A stretch of DNA of 64,000 nucleotides from Nemertoderma westbladi. Taxonomy: Eukaryota > Animalia > Xenacoelomorpha. The notes under the pieces were generated by a model. That model searched no databases. It was not told the DNA's origin and saw only the letters and a program-made list of their open reading frames with translations. Position 1 is the first letter of the stretch. The number at the start of each line of letters is the position of its first letter. Location of the stretch: positions 1 through 64,000 of the forward strand of contig JAUCBJ010003075.1 of assembly GCA_032718475.1 (NCBI GenBank). The letters run 5' to 3'. Shown here piece by piece: positions 30,001-45,000 of this stretch. The position numbers were made by a program, and so were the translations under genes.

Positions 30001-33000
30001 CGCTTACCTACGTTGTAACTGGAGACGGAACAGTGTCGCTTACCTGTGTTGTAACTGGAGACGGAACAGTGTCGCTTACCTACGTTGTAACTGATACGGA
30101 ACAGTGTCGCTTACCTGTGTTGTAACCGATACGGAACAGTGTCGCTTACCTACGTTGTAACCGATACGGAACAGTGTCGCTTACCTGTGTTGTAACTGGA
30201 GACGGAACAGTGTCGCTTACCTGTGTTGTAACTGGAGACGGAACAGTGTCGCTTACCTACGTTGTAACTGATACGGAACAGTGTCGCTTACCTACGTTGT
30301 AACCGATACGGAACAGTGTCGCTTACCTGTGTTGTAACTGGAGACGGAACAGTGTCGCTTACCTACGTTGTAACTGATACGGAACAGTGTCGCTTACCTG
30401 TGTTGTAACTGGAGACGGAACAGTGTCGCTTACCTACGTTGTAACCGATACGGAACAGTGTCGCTTACCTACGTTGTAACCGATACGGAACAGTGTCGCT
30501 TACCTGTGTTGTAACTGATACGGAACAGTGTCGCTTACCTGTGTTGTAACTGATACGGAACAGTGTCGCTTACCTGTGTTGTAACTGATACGGAACAGTG
30601 TCGCTTACCTGTGTTGTAACTGATACGGAACAGTGTCGCTTACCTACGTTGTAACTGGAGACGGAACAGTGTCGCTTACCTGTGTTGTAACTGATACGGA
30701 ACAGTGTCGCTTACCTGTGTTGTAACTGATACGGAACAGTGTCGCTTACCTGTGTTGTAACTGATACGGAACAGTGTCGCTTACCTGTGTTGTAACTGGA
30801 GACGGAACAGTGTCGCTTACCTGTGTTGTAACTGATACGGAACAGTGTCGCTTACCTGTGTTGTAACTGGTTTCGGAACAGTGTCGCTTACCTGTGTTGT
30901 AACTGGAGACGGAACAGTGTCGCTTACCTGCGTTGTAACTGATACGGAACTGTGTCGCTTACCTGTGTTGTAACTGGTTACGGAACAGTGTCGCTTACCT
31001 GTGTTGTAACTATGGAGACGGAACAGTGTCGCTTACCTGTGTTGTAACTGGAGACGGAACAGTGTCGCTTACCTGTGTTGTAACTATGGAGACGGAACAG
31101 TGTCGCTTACCTGTGTTGTAACTGGAGACGGAACAGTGTGGCTTACCTGTGTTCTAACTGGAGACGGAACAGTGTCGCTTACCTGTGTTGTAACTGGAGA
31201 CGGAACAGTGTCGCTTACCTGTGTTGTAACTGATACGGAACAGTGTCGCTTACCTGTGATGTAACCGATACGGAACAGTGTCGCTTACCTACGTTGTAAC
31301 CGATACGGAACAGTGTCGCTTACCTACGTTGTAACCGATACGGAACAGTGTCGCTTACCTGTGTTGTAACTGGAGACGGAACAGTGTCGCTTACCTACGT
31401 TGTAACCAATACGGAACAGTGTCGCTTACCTACGTTGTAACCGATACGGAACAGTGTCGCTTACCTGTGTTGTAACTGGAGACGGAACAGTGTCGCTTAC
31501 CTGTGTTGTAACTGGAGACGGAACAGTGTCGCTTACCTGTGTTGTAACTGGAGACGGAACAGTGTCGCTTACCTGTGTTGTAACTGGAGACGGAACAGTG
31601 TCGCTTACCTACGTTGTAACTGGTTTCGGAACAGTGTCGCTTACCTGTGTTGTAACTGGAGACGGAACAGTGTCGCTTACCTGCGTTGTAACTGATACGG
31701 AACTGTGTCGCTTACCTGTGTTGTAACTGGTTACGGAACAGTGTCGCTTACCTGTGTTGTAACTATGGAGACGGAACAGTGTCGCTTACCTGTGTTGTAA
31801 CTGATACGGAACAGTGTCGCTTACCTGTGTTGTAACTGGTTACGGAACAGTGTCGCTTACCTGTGTTGTAACCGATACGGAACAGTGTCGCTTACCTGTG
31901 TTGTAACTGGAGACGGAACAGTGTCGCTTACCTGTGTTGTAACTATGGAGACGGAACAGTGTCGCTTACCTGTGTTGTAACCGATACGGAACAGTGTCGC
32001 TTACCTGTGTTGTAACTGGAGACGGAACAGTGTCGCTTACCTACGTTGTAACTGATACGGAACAGTGTCGCTTACCTACGTTGTAACCGATACGGAACAG
32101 TGTCGCTTACCTACGTTGTAACTGGAGACGGAACAGTGTCGCTTACCTGTGTTGTAACTGGATACGGAACAGTGTCGCTTACCTGTGTTGTAACCGATAC
32201 GGAACAGTGTCGCTTACCTACGTTGTAACCAATACGGAACAGTGTCGCTTACCTACGTTGTAACCGATACGGAACAGTGTCGCTTACCTGTGTTGTAACT
32301 GGTTTCGGAACAGTGTCGCTTACCTGTGTTGTTACTGGTTTACGGAACAGTGTCTCTTACCTGTGTTGTAACTGGAGACGGAACAGTGTCGCTTACCTGC
32401 GTTGTAACTGATACGGAACTGTGTCGCTTACCTGCGTTGTAACTGGTTACGGAACAGTGTCGCTTACCTGTGTTGTAACTGGAGACGGAACAGTGTCGCT
32501 TACCTACGTTGTAACCGATACGGAACAGTGTCGCTTACCTGTGTTGTAACTGGAGACGGAACAGTGTCGCTTACCTGCGTTGTAACTGATACGGAACTGT
32601 GTCGCTTACCTGTGTTGTAACTGGTTACGGAACAGTGTCGCTTACCTGTGTTGTAACTATGGAGACGGAACAGTGTCGCTTACCTGTGTTGTAACTGGAG
32701 ACGGAACAGTGTCGCTTACCTGTGTTGTAACTGGAGACGGAACAGTGTCGCTTACCTGTGTTGTAACCGATACGGAACAGTGTCGCTTACCTGTGTTGTA
32801 ACTGGAGACGGAACAGTGTCGCTTACCTGTGTTGTAACTATGGAGACGGAACAGTGTCGCTTACCTGTGTTGTAACCGATACGGAACAGTGTCGCTTACC
32901 TGTGTTGTAACTGGAGACGGAACAGTGTCGCTTACCTACGTTGTAACTGATACGGAACAGTGTCGCTTACCTACGTTGTAACCGATACGGAACAGTGTCG

Positions 33001-36000
33001 CTTACCTACGTTGTAACCGATACGGAACAGTGTCGCTTACCTACGTTGTAACTGGAGACGGAACAGTGTCGCTTACCTGTGTTGTAACTGGATACGGAAC
33101 AGTGTCGCTTACCTGTGTTGTAACTGATACGGAACAGTGTCGCTTACCTGTGTTGTAACTATGGAGACGGAACAGTGTCGCTTACCTGTGTTGTAACTGA
33201 TACGGAACAGTGTCGCTTACCTGTGTTGTAACTGATACGGAACAGTGTCGCTTACCTGTGTTGTAACTATGGAGACGGAACAGTGTCGCTTACCTGTGTT
33301 GTAACTGGAGACGGAACAGTGTCGCTTACCTACGTTGTAACCGATACGGAACTGTGTCGCTTACCTGTGTTGTAACTATGGAGACGGAACAGTGTCGCTT
33401 ACCTGTGTTGTAACTGGAGACGGAACAGTGTCGCTTACCTGTGTTGTAACTATGGAGACGGAACAGTGTCGCTTACCTGTGTTGTAACTGGAGACGGAAC
33501 AGTGTCGCTTACCTGTGTTGTAACTATGGAGACGGAACAGTGTCGCTTACCTACGTTGTAACTGGAGACGGAACAGTGTCGTTTACCTGTGTTGTAACTG
33601 GATACGGAACAGTGTCGCTTACCTACGTTGTAACTGGAGACGGAACAGTGTCGCTTATCTGTGTTGTAACTGGAGACGGAACAGTGTCGCTTACCTGTGT
33701 TGTAACTGATACGGAACAGTGTCGCTTACCTACGTTGTAACCGATACGGAACAGTGTCGCTTACCTACGTTGTAACCGATACGGAACAGTGTCGCTTACC
33801 TGTTTTGTAACTGGAGACGGAACAGTGTCGCTTACCTACGTTGTAACCGATACGGAACAGTGTCGCTTACCTGTGTTGTAACTGATACGGAACAGTGTCG
33901 CTTACCTGTGTTGTAACTGGAGACGGAACAGTGTCGCTTACCTACGTTGTAACCGATACGGAACAGTGTCGCTTACCTGTGTTGTAACTGGATACGGAAC
34001 AGTGTCGCTTACCTACGTTGTAACCGATACGGAACAGTGTCGCTTACCTACGTTGTAACCGATACGGAACAGTGTCGCTTACCTACGTTGTAACCGATAC
34101 GGAACAGTGTCGCTTACCTACGTTGTAACCGATACGGAACAGTGTCGCTTACCTACGTTGTAACCGATACGGAACAGTGTCGCTTACCTACGTTGTAACC
34201 GATACGGAACAGTGTCGCTTACCTACGTTGTAACCGATACGGAACAGTGTCGCTTACCTGTGTTGTAACTGGATACGGAACAGTGTCGCTTACCTGTGTT
34301 GTAACTATGGAGACGGAACAGTGTCGCTTACCTGTGTTGTAACTGGAGACGGAACAGTGTCGCTTACCTGTGTTGTAACTATGGAGACGGAACAGTGTCG
34401 CTTACCTGTGTTGTAACTGGAGACGGAACAGTGTCGCTTACCTGTGTTGTAACTGGAGACGGAACAGTGTCGCTTACCTGTGTTGTAACTGATACGGAAC
34501 AGTGTCGCTTACCTGTGTTGTAACTGGTTACGGAACAGTGTCGCTTACCTGTGTTGTAACTGATACGGAACAGTGTCGCTTACCTGTGTTGTAACTGGAG
34601 ACGGAACAGTGTCGCTTACCTGTGTTGTTACTGGTTTACGGAACTGTGTCGCTTACCTGTGTTGTAACTGGAGACGGAACAGTGTCGCTTACCTGTGTTG
34701 TAACTGGAGACGGAACAGTGTCGCTTACCCCTGTGTTGTAACTGAGGCGGAACAGTGTCGCTTACCTGTGTTGTAACTGGAGACGGAACAGTGTCGCTTA
34801 CCTGTGTTGTAACCGATACGGAACAGTGTCGCTTACCTGTGTTGTAACTATGGAGACGGAACAGTGTCGCTTACCTGTGTTGTAACTGGAGACGGAACAG
34901 TGTCGCTTACCTGTGTTGTAACTGGAGACGGAACAGTGTCGCTTACCTGTGTTGTAACTGATACGGAACAGTGTCGCTTACCTACGTTGTAACTGATACG
35001 GAACAGTGTCGCTTACCTACGTTGTAACCGATACGGAACAGTGTCGCTTACCTGTGTTGTAACTGGAGACGGAACAGTGTCGCTTACCTGTGTTGTTACT
35101 GGTTTACGGAACTGTGTCGCTTACCTGTGTTGTAACTGGAGACGGAACAGTGTCGCTTACCTGTGTTGTAACTGGAGACGGAACAGTGTCGCTTACCCCT
35201 GTGTTGTAACTGAGGCGGAACAGTGTCGCTTACCTGTGTTGTAACTGGAGACGGAACAGTGTCGCTTACCTACGTTGTAACCGATACGGAACAGTGTCGC
35301 TTACCTGTGTTGTAACTGGAGACGGAACAGTGTCGCTTACCTACGTTGTAACTGGATACGGAACTGTGTCGCTTACCTGTGTTGTAACTGATACGGAACA
35401 GTGTCGCTTACCTGTGTTGTAACTGATACGGAACAGTGTCGCTTACCTGTGTTGTAACTGGAGACGGAACAGTGTCGCTTACCTGTGTTGTAACTGGAGA
35501 CGGAACAGTGTCGCTTACCTGTGTTGTAACTGATACGGAACAGTGTCGCTTACCTGTGTTGTAACTGGAGACGGAACAGTGTCGCTTACCTGTGTTGTAA
35601 CTGGAGACGGAACAGTGTCGCTTACCTGTGTTGTAACTGGAGACGGAACAGTGTCGCTTACCTGTGTTGTAACTGGAGACGGAACAGTGTCGCTTACCTG
35701 TGTTGTTACTGGAGACGGAACAGTGTCGCTTACCTGTGTTGTAACTGGAGACGGAACAGTGTCGCTTACCTGTGTTGTAACTGATACGGAACAGTGTCGC
35801 TTACCTGTGTTGTAACTGATACGGAACAGTGTCGCTTACCTGTGTTGTAACTGGAGACGGAACAGTGTCGCTTACCTACGTTGTAACCGATACGGAACAG
35901 TGTCGCTTACCTGTTTTGTAACTATGGAGACGGAACAGTGTCGCTTACCTGTGTTGTAACTGATACGGAACAGTGTCGCTTACCTGTGTTGTAACTGGAG

Positions 36001-39000
36001 ACGGAACAGTGTCGCTTACCTACGTTGTAACCGATACGGAACAGTGTCGCTTACCTGTTTTGTAACTATGGAGACGGAACAGTGTCGCTTACCTGTGTTG
36101 TAACTGGAGACGGAACAGTGTCGCTTACCTGTGTTGTAACTGGAGACGGAACAGTGTCGCTTACCTGTGTTGTAACTGGAGACGGAACAGTGTCGCTTAC
36201 CTGTGTTGTAACTGGAGACGGAACAGTGTCGCTTACCTGTGTTGTAACTATGGAGACGGAACAGTGTCGCTTACCTGTGTTGTAACTGGAGACGGAACAG
36301 TGTCGCTTACCTGTGTTGTAACTGGAGACGGAACAGTGTCGCTTACCTGTGTTGTAACTGATACGGAACAGTGTCGCTTACCTGTGTTGTAACTGGAGAC
36401 GGAACAGTGTCGCTTACCTACGTTGTAACTGATACGGAACAGTGTCGCTTACCTACGTTGTAACCGATACGGAACAGTGTCGCTTACCTGTGTTGTAACT
36501 ATGGAGACGGAACAGTGTCGCTTACCTGTGTTGTAACTGGAGACGGAACAGTGTCGCTTACCTGTGTTGTAACCGATACGGAACAGTGTCGCTTACCTGT
36601 GTTGTAACTGGAGACGGAACAGTGTCGCTTACCTGTGTTGTAACTGGAGACGGAACAGTGTCGCTTACCTGTGTTGTTACTGGAGACGGAACAGTGTCGC
36701 TTACCTGTGTTGTAACTGATACGGAACAGTGTCGCTTACCTGTGTTGTAACTGGAGACGGAACAGTGTCGCTTACCTGTGTTGTAACTGGAGACGGAACA
36801 GTGTCGCTTACCTGTGTTGTAACTGATACGGAACAGTGTCGCTTACCTGTGTTGTAACTGGTTACGGAACAGTGTCGCTTACCTGTGTTGTAACTGATAC
36901 GGAACAGTGTCGCTTACCTGTGTTGTAACTGGAGACGGAACAGTGTCGCTTACCTGTGTTGTAACTGGAGACGGAACAGTGTCGCTTACCTGTGTTGTAA
37001 CTGGAGACGGAACAGTGTCGCTTACCTGTGTTGTTACTGGAGACGGAACTGTGTCGCTTACCTGTGTTGTAACTGATACGGAACAGTGTCGCTTACCTGT
37101 GTTGTAACTGGAGACGGAACAGTGTCGCTTACCTGTGTTGTTACTGGAGACGGAACTGTGTCGCTTACCTGTGTTGTAACTGATACGGAACAGTGTCGCT
37201 TACCTGTGTTGTAACTGATACGGAACAGTGTCGCTTACCTGTGTTGTAACTGGAGACGGAACAGTGTCGCTTACCTGTGTTGTAACTGGAGACGGAACAG
37301 TGTCGCTTACCTGTGTTGTAACTGATACGGAACAGTGTCGCTTACCTGTGTTGTAACTGGTTACGGAACAGTATCGCTTACCTGTGTTGTAACTGATACG
37401 GAACAGTGTCGCTTACCTGTGTTGTAACTGGAGACGGAACAGTGTCGCTTACCTGTGTTGTTACTGGTTTACGGAACTGTGTCGCTTACCTGTGTTGTAA
37501 CTGGAGACGGAACAGTGTCGCTTACCTGTGTTGTAACTGATACGGAACAGTGTCGCTTACCTGTGTTGTAACTGGAGACGGAACAGTGTCGCTTACCTGT
37601 GTTGTAACTGGAGACGGAACAGTGTCGCTTACCTGTGTTGTAACTGATACGGAACAGTGTCGCTTACCTGTGTTGTAACTGGTTACGGAACAGTGTCGCT
37701 TACCTGTGTTGTAACTGATACGGAACAGTGTCGCTTACCTGTGTTGTAACTGGAGACGGAACAGTGTCGCTTACCTGTGTTGTTACTGGTTTACGGAACT
37801 GTGTCGCTTACCTGTGTTGTAACTGGAGACGGAACAGTGTCGCTTACCTGTGTTGTAACTGGAGACGGAACAGTGTCGCTTACCCCTGTGTTGTAACTGA
37901 GGCGGAACAGTGTCGCTTACCTGTGTTGTAACTATGGAGACGGAACAGTGTCGCTTACCTGTGTTGTAACTGGAGACGGAACAGTGTCGCTTACCTGTGT
38001 TGTAACCGATACGGAACAGTGTCGCTTACCTGTGTTGTAACTGGAGACGGAACAGTGTCGCTTACCTGTGTTGTAACTGGTTTACGGAACTGTGTCGCTT
38101 ACCTGTGTTGTAACTGGAGACGGAACAGTGTCGCTTACCTGTGTTGTAACTGGAGACGGAACAGTGTCGCTTACCTGTGTTGTAACTGGAGACGGAACTG
38201 TGTCGCTTACCTGTGTTGTAACTATGGAGACGGAACAGTGTCGCTTACCTGTGTTGTAACTGGAGACGGAACTGTGTCGCTTACCTGTGTTGTAACTATG
38301 GAGACGGAACAGTGTCGCTTACCTGTGTTGTAACTGGAGACGGAACAGTGTCGCTTACCTGTGTTGTAACTGGAGACGGAACAGTGTCGCTTACCTGTGT
38401 TGTTACTGGTTTACGGAACTGTGTCGCTTACCTGTGTTGTAACTGGAGACGGAACAGTGTCGCTTACCTGTGTTGTAACTGGAGACGGAACAGTGTCGCT
38501 TACCCCTGTGTTGTAACTGAGGCGGAACAGTGTCGCTTACCTGTGTTGTTACTGGTTTACGGAACAGTGTCGCTTACCTGTGTTGTAACTGGAGACGGAA
38601 CAGTGTCGCTTACCCCTGTGTTGTAACTGAGGCGGAACAGTGTCGCTTACCTGTGTTGTTACTGGTTTACGGAACAGTGTCGCTTACCTGTGTTGTAACT
38701 GGAGACGGAACAGTGTCGCTTACCCCTGTGTTGTAACTGAGGCGGAACAGTGTCGCTTACCTGTGTTGTTACTGGTTTACGGAACAGTGTCGCTTACCTG
38801 TGTTGTTACTGGTTTACGGAACAGTGTCTCTTACCTGTGTTGTAACTGGAGACGGAACAGTGTCGCTTACCCCTGTGTTGTAACTGGAAACGGAACAGTG
38901 TCGCTTACCCCTGTGTTGTAACTGATACGGAACAGTGTCGCTTACCCCTGTGTTGTTACTGGTTTACGGAACTGTGTCGCTTACCTGTGTTGTAACTGGA

Positions 39001-42000
39001 GACGGAACAGTGTCGCTTACCTGTGTTGTTACTGGTTTACGGAACAGTGTCGCTTACCTGTGTTGTAACTGATACGGAACAGTGTCGCTTACCTGTGTTG
39101 TAACTGGAGACGGAACAGTGTCGCTTACCCCTGTGTTGTAACTGGAAACGGAACAGTGTCGCTTACCCCTGTGTTGTTACTGGTTTACGGAACTGTGTCG
39201 CTTACCTGTGTTGTAACTGGAGACGGAACAGTGTCGCTTACCTGTGTTGTTACTGGTTTACGGAACTGTGTCGCTTACCTGTGTTGTAACTGGAGACGGA
39301 ACAGTGTCGCTTACCTGTGTTGTTACTGGTTTACGGAACAGTGTCGCTTACCCCTGTGTTGTAACTGGAAACGGAACAGTGTCGCTTACCCCTGTGTTGT
39401 TACTGGTTTACGGAACTGTGTCGCTTACCTGTGTTGTAACTGGAGACGGAACAGTGTCGCTTACCTGTGTTGTTACTGGTTTACGGAACTGTGTCGCTTA
39501 CCTGTGTTGTAACTGGAGACGGAACAGTGTCGCTTACCTGTGTTGTTACTGGTTTACGGAACAGTGTCGCTTACCTGTGTTGTAACTGATACGGAACAGT
39601 GTCGCTTACCTACGTTGTAACCGATACGGAACAGTGTCGCTTACCTGTGTTGTAACCGATACGGAACAGTGTCGCTTACCCCTGTGTTGTAACTGGAGAC
39701 GGAACAGTGTCGCTTACCTGTGTTGTAACTGGAGACGGACCAGTGTCGCTTACCTACGTTGTAACCGATACGGAACAGTGTCGCTTACCTGTGTTGTAAC
39801 TGATACGGAACTGTGTCGCTTACCTGTGTTGTAACTGGAGACGGAACAGTGTCGCTTACCTGTGTTGTTACTGGTTTACGGAACTGTGTCGCTTACCTGT
39901 GTTGTAACTGGAGACGGAACAGTGTCGCTTACCTGTGTTGTTACTGGTTTACGGAACAGTGTCGCTTACCTGTGTTGTAACTGGAGACGGAACAGTGTCG
40001 CTTACCTGTGTTGTAACTGGAGACGGAACAGTGTCGCTTACCTGTGTTGTAACTGGTTTACGGAACAGTGTCTCTTACCTGTGTTGTAACTGGAGACGGA
40101 ACAGTGTCGCTTACCTGTATTGTAACTGATACGGAACTGTGTCGCTTACCTGTGTTGTAACTGATAAGGAACAGTGTCGCTTACCTGTATTGTAACTGGA
40201 GACGGAACAGTGTCGCTTACCTGTGTTGTAACTGGAGACGGAACAGTGTCGCTTACCTGTGTTGTAACTGATACGGAACTGTGTCGCTTACCTGTGTTGT
40301 TACTGGTTTACGGAACAGTGTCGCTTACCTGTGTTGTAACTGGAGACGGAACAGTGTCGCTTACCTGTGTTGTAACTGGAGACGGAACAGTGTCGCTTAC
40401 CTGTGTTGTAACTGGAGACGGAACAGTGTCGCTTACCTGTGTTGTAACTGGAGACGGAACAGTGTCGCTTACCTGTGTTGTAACTGATACGGAACTGTGT
40501 CGCTTACCTGTGTTGTAACTGGAAACGGAACAGTGTCGCTTACCTGTGTTGTAACTGGAGACGGAACAGTGTCGCTTACCTGTGTTGTAACTGGAGACGG
40601 AACAGTGTCGCTTACCTGTGTAGTAACTGGAGGTGGAACAGTGTCTCTTACCTGTGTTGTAACTGGAGACGGAACAGTGTCGCTTACCTGTGTTGTAACT
40701 GGAGACGGAACAGTGTCGCTTACCTGTGTTGTAACTGGAGACGGAACAGTGTCGCTTACCTGTGTTGTAACTGGAGACGGAACAGTGTCGCTTACCTGTG
40801 TTGTAACTGGAGACGGAACAGTGTCGCTTACCTGTGTTGTAACTGGAGACGGAACAGTGTCGCTTACCTGTGTTGTAACTGGAGACGGAACAGTGTCGCT
40901 TACCTGTGTTGTAACTGGAGACGGAACAGTGTGGCTTACCTGTGTTGTAACTAGAGACGGAACAGTGTCGCTTACCTGTGTTGTAACTGGAGACGGAACA
41001 GTGTCGCTTACCTGTGTTGTAACTGGAGACGGAACAGTGTCGCTTACCTGTGTTGTAACTGGAGGCGGAACAGTGTCGCTTACCTGTGTTGTAACTATGG
41101 AGACGGAACAGTGTCGCTTACCTGTGTTGTAACTGATACGGAACAGTGTCGCTTACCTGTGTTGTAACTGGAGACGGAACAGTGTCGCTTACCTGTGTTG
41201 TAACTGGAGACGGAACAGTGTCGCTTACCTGTGTTGTAACTGGAGACGGAACAGTGTCGCTTACCTGTGTTGTAACTGGAGACGGAACAGTGTCGCTTAC
41301 CTGTGTTGTAACTATGGAGACGGAACAGTGTCGCTTACCTGTGTTGTAACTGGAGACGGAACAGTGTCGCTTACCTGTGTTGTAACTGGAGACGGAACAG
41401 TGTCGCTTACCTGTGTTGTAACTGATACGGAACAGTGTCGCTTACCTGTGTTGTAACTGGAGACGGAACAGTGTCGCTTACCTACGTTGTAACTGATACG
41501 GAACAGTGTCGCTTACCTACGTTGTAACCGATACGGAACAGTGTCGCTTACCTGTGTTGTAACTATGGAGACGGAACAGTGTCGCTTACCTGTGTTGTAA
41601 CTGGAGACGGAACAGTGTCGCTTACCTGTGTTGTAACCGATACGGAACAGTGTCGCTTACCTGTGTTGTAACTGGAGACGGAACAGTGTCGCTTACCTGT
41701 GTTGTAACTGGAGACGGAACAGTGTCGCTTACCTGTGTTGTTACTGGAGACGGAACAGTGTCGCTTACCTGTGTTGTAACTGATACGGAACAGTGTCGCT
41801 TACCTGTGTTGTAACTGGAGACGGAACAGTGTCGCTTACCTGTGTTGTAACTGGAGACGGAACAGTGTCGCTTACCTGTGTTGTAACTGATACGGAACAG
41901 TGTCGCTTACCTGTGTTGTAACTGGTTACGGAACAGTGTCGCTTACCTGTGTTGTAACTGATACGGAACAGTGTCGCTTACCTGTGTTGTAACTGGAGAC

Positions 42001-45000
42001 GGAACAGTGTCGCTTACCTGTGTTGTAACTGGAGACGGAACAGTGTCGCTTACCTGTGTTGTAACTGGAGACGGAACAGTGTCGCTTACCTGTGTTGTTA
42101 CTGGAGACGGAACTGTGTCGCTTACCTGTGTTGTAACTGATACGGAACAGTGTCGCTTACCTGTGTTGTAACTGGAGACGGAACAGTGTCGCTTACCTGT
42201 GTTGTTACTGGAGACGGAACTGTGTCGCTTACCTGTGTTGTAACTGATACGGAACAGTGTCGCTTACCTGTGTTGTAACTGATACGGAACAGTGTCGCTT
42301 ACCTGTGTTGTAACTGGAGACGGAACAGTGTCGCTTACCTGTGTTGTAACTGGAGACGGAACAGTGTCGCTTACCTGTGTTGTAACTGATACGGAACAGT
42401 GTCGCTTACCTGTGTTGTAACTGGTTACGGAACAGTATCGCTTACCTGTGTTGTAACTGATACGGAACAGTGTCGCTTACCTGTGTTGTAACTGGAGACG
42501 GAAAAGTGTCGCTTACCTGTGTTGTTACTGGTTTACGGAACTGTGTCGCTTACCTGTGTTGTAACTGGAGACGGAACAGTGTCGCTTACCTGTGTTGTAA
42601 CTGATACGGAACAGTGTCGCTTACCTGTGTTGTAACTGGAGACGGAACAGTGTCGCTTACCTGTGTTGTAACTGGAGACGGAACAGTGTCGCTTACCTGT
42701 GTTGTAACTGATACGGAACAGTGTCGCTTACCTGTGTTGTAACTGGTTACGGAACAGTGTCGCTTACCTGTGTTGTAACTGATACGGAACAGTGTCGCTT
42801 ACCTGTGTTGTAACTGGAGACGGAACAGTGTCGCTTACCTGTGTTGTTACTGGTTTACGGAACTGTGTCGCTTACCTGTGTTGTAACTGGAGACGGAACA
42901 GTGTCGCTTACCTGTGTTGTAACTGGAGACGGAACAGTGTCGCTTACCCCTGTGTTGTAACTGAGGCGGAACAGTGTCGCTTACCTGTGTTGTAACTATG
43001 GAGACGGAACAGTGTCGCTTACCTGTGTTGTAACTGGAGACGGAACAGTGTCGCTTACCTGTGTTGTAACCGATACGGAACAGTGTCGCTTACCTGTGTT
43101 GTAACTGGAGACGGAACAGTGTCGCTTACCTGTGTTGTAACTGGTTTACGGAACTGTGTCGCTTACCTGTGTTGTAACTGGAGACGGAACAGTGTCGCTT
43201 ACCTGTGTTGTAACTGGAGACGGAACAGTGTCGCTTACCTGTGTTGTAACTGGAGACGGAACTGTGTCGCTTACCTGTGTTGTAACTATGGAGACGGAAC
43301 AGTGTCGCTTACCTGTGTTGTAACTGGAGACGGAACTGTGTCGCTTACCTGTGTTGTAACTATGGAGACGGAACAGTGTCGCTTACCTGTGTTGTAACTG
43401 GAGACGGAACAGTGTCGCTTACCTGTGTTGTAACTGGAGACGGAACAGTGTCGCTTACCTGTGTTGTTACTGGTTTACGGAACTGTGTCGCTTACCTGTG
43501 TTGTAACTGGAGACGGAACAGTGTCGCTTACCTGTGTTGTAACTGGAGACGGAACAGTGTCGCTTACCTGTGTTGTAACTGGAGACGGAACAGTGTCGCT
43601 TACCTGTGTTGTAACTGGAGACGGAACAGTGTGGCTTACCTGTGTTGTAACTAGAGACGGAACAGTGTCGCTTACCTGTGTTGTAACTGGAGACGGAACA
43701 GTGTCGCTTACCTGTGTTGTAACTGGAGACGGAACAGTGTCGCTTACCTGTGTTGTAACTGGAGGCGGAACAGTGTCGCTTACCTGTGTTGTAACTATGG
43801 AGACGGAACAGTGTCGCTTACCTGTGTTGTAACTGATACGGAACAGTGTCGCTTACCTGTGTTGTAACTGGAGACGGAACAGTGTCGCTTACCTGTGTTG
43901 TAACTGGAGACGGAACAGTGTCGCTTACCTGTGTTGTAACTGGAGACGGAACAGTGTCGCTTACCTGTGTTGTAACTGGAGACGGAACAGTGTCGCTTAC
44001 CTGTGTTGTAACTATGGAGACGGAACAGTGTCGCTTACCTGTGTTGTAACTGATACGGGTTGTAACTGGAGACGGAACAGTGTCGCTTACCTGTGTTGTA
44101 ACTGGAGACGGAACAGTGTCGCTTACCTGTGTTGTAACTGGAGGCGGAACAGTGTCGCTTACCTGTGTTGTAACTATGGAGACGGAACAGTGTCGCTTAC
44201 CTGTGTTGTAACTGATACGGAACAGTGTCGCTTACCTGTGTTGTAACTGGAGACGGAACAGTGTCGCTTACCTGTGTTGTAACTGGAGACGGAACAGTGT
44301 CGCTTACCTGTGTTGTAACTGGAGACGGAACAGTGTCGCTTACCTGTGTTGTAACTGGAGACGGAACAGTGTCGCTTACCTGTGTTGTAACTATGGAGAC
44401 GGAACAGTGTCGCTTACATGTGTTGTAACTGGAGACGGAACAGTGTCGGTTACCTGTGTTGTAACTGATACGGAACAGTGTCGCTTACCTGTGTTGTAAC
44501 TGATACGGAACAGTGTCGCTTACCTGTGTTGTAACTGGAGACGGAACAGTGTCGCTTACCTGTGTTGTAACTGGAGACGGAACAGTGTCGCTTACCTGTG
44601 TTGTAACTGGAGACGGAACAGTGTCGCTTACCTGTGTTGTAACTATGGAGACGGAACAGTGTCGCTTACCTGTGTTGTAACTGATACGGAACAGTGTCGC
44701 TTACCTGTGTTGTAACTGGAGACGGAACAGTGTCGCTTACCTGTGTTGTAACTATGGAGACGGAACAGTGTCGCTTACCTGTGTTGTAACTGATACGGAA
44801 CAGTGTCGCTTACCTGTGTTGTAACTGGAGACGGAACAGTGTCGCTTATCTGTGTTGTAACTGGAGACGGAACAGTGTCGCTTACCTGTGTTGTAACTGG
44901 AGACGGAACAGTGTCGCTTACCTGTGTTGTAACTGGAGACGGAACAGTGTCGCTTACCTGTGTTGTAACTATGGAGACGGAACAGTGTCGCTTACCTGTG

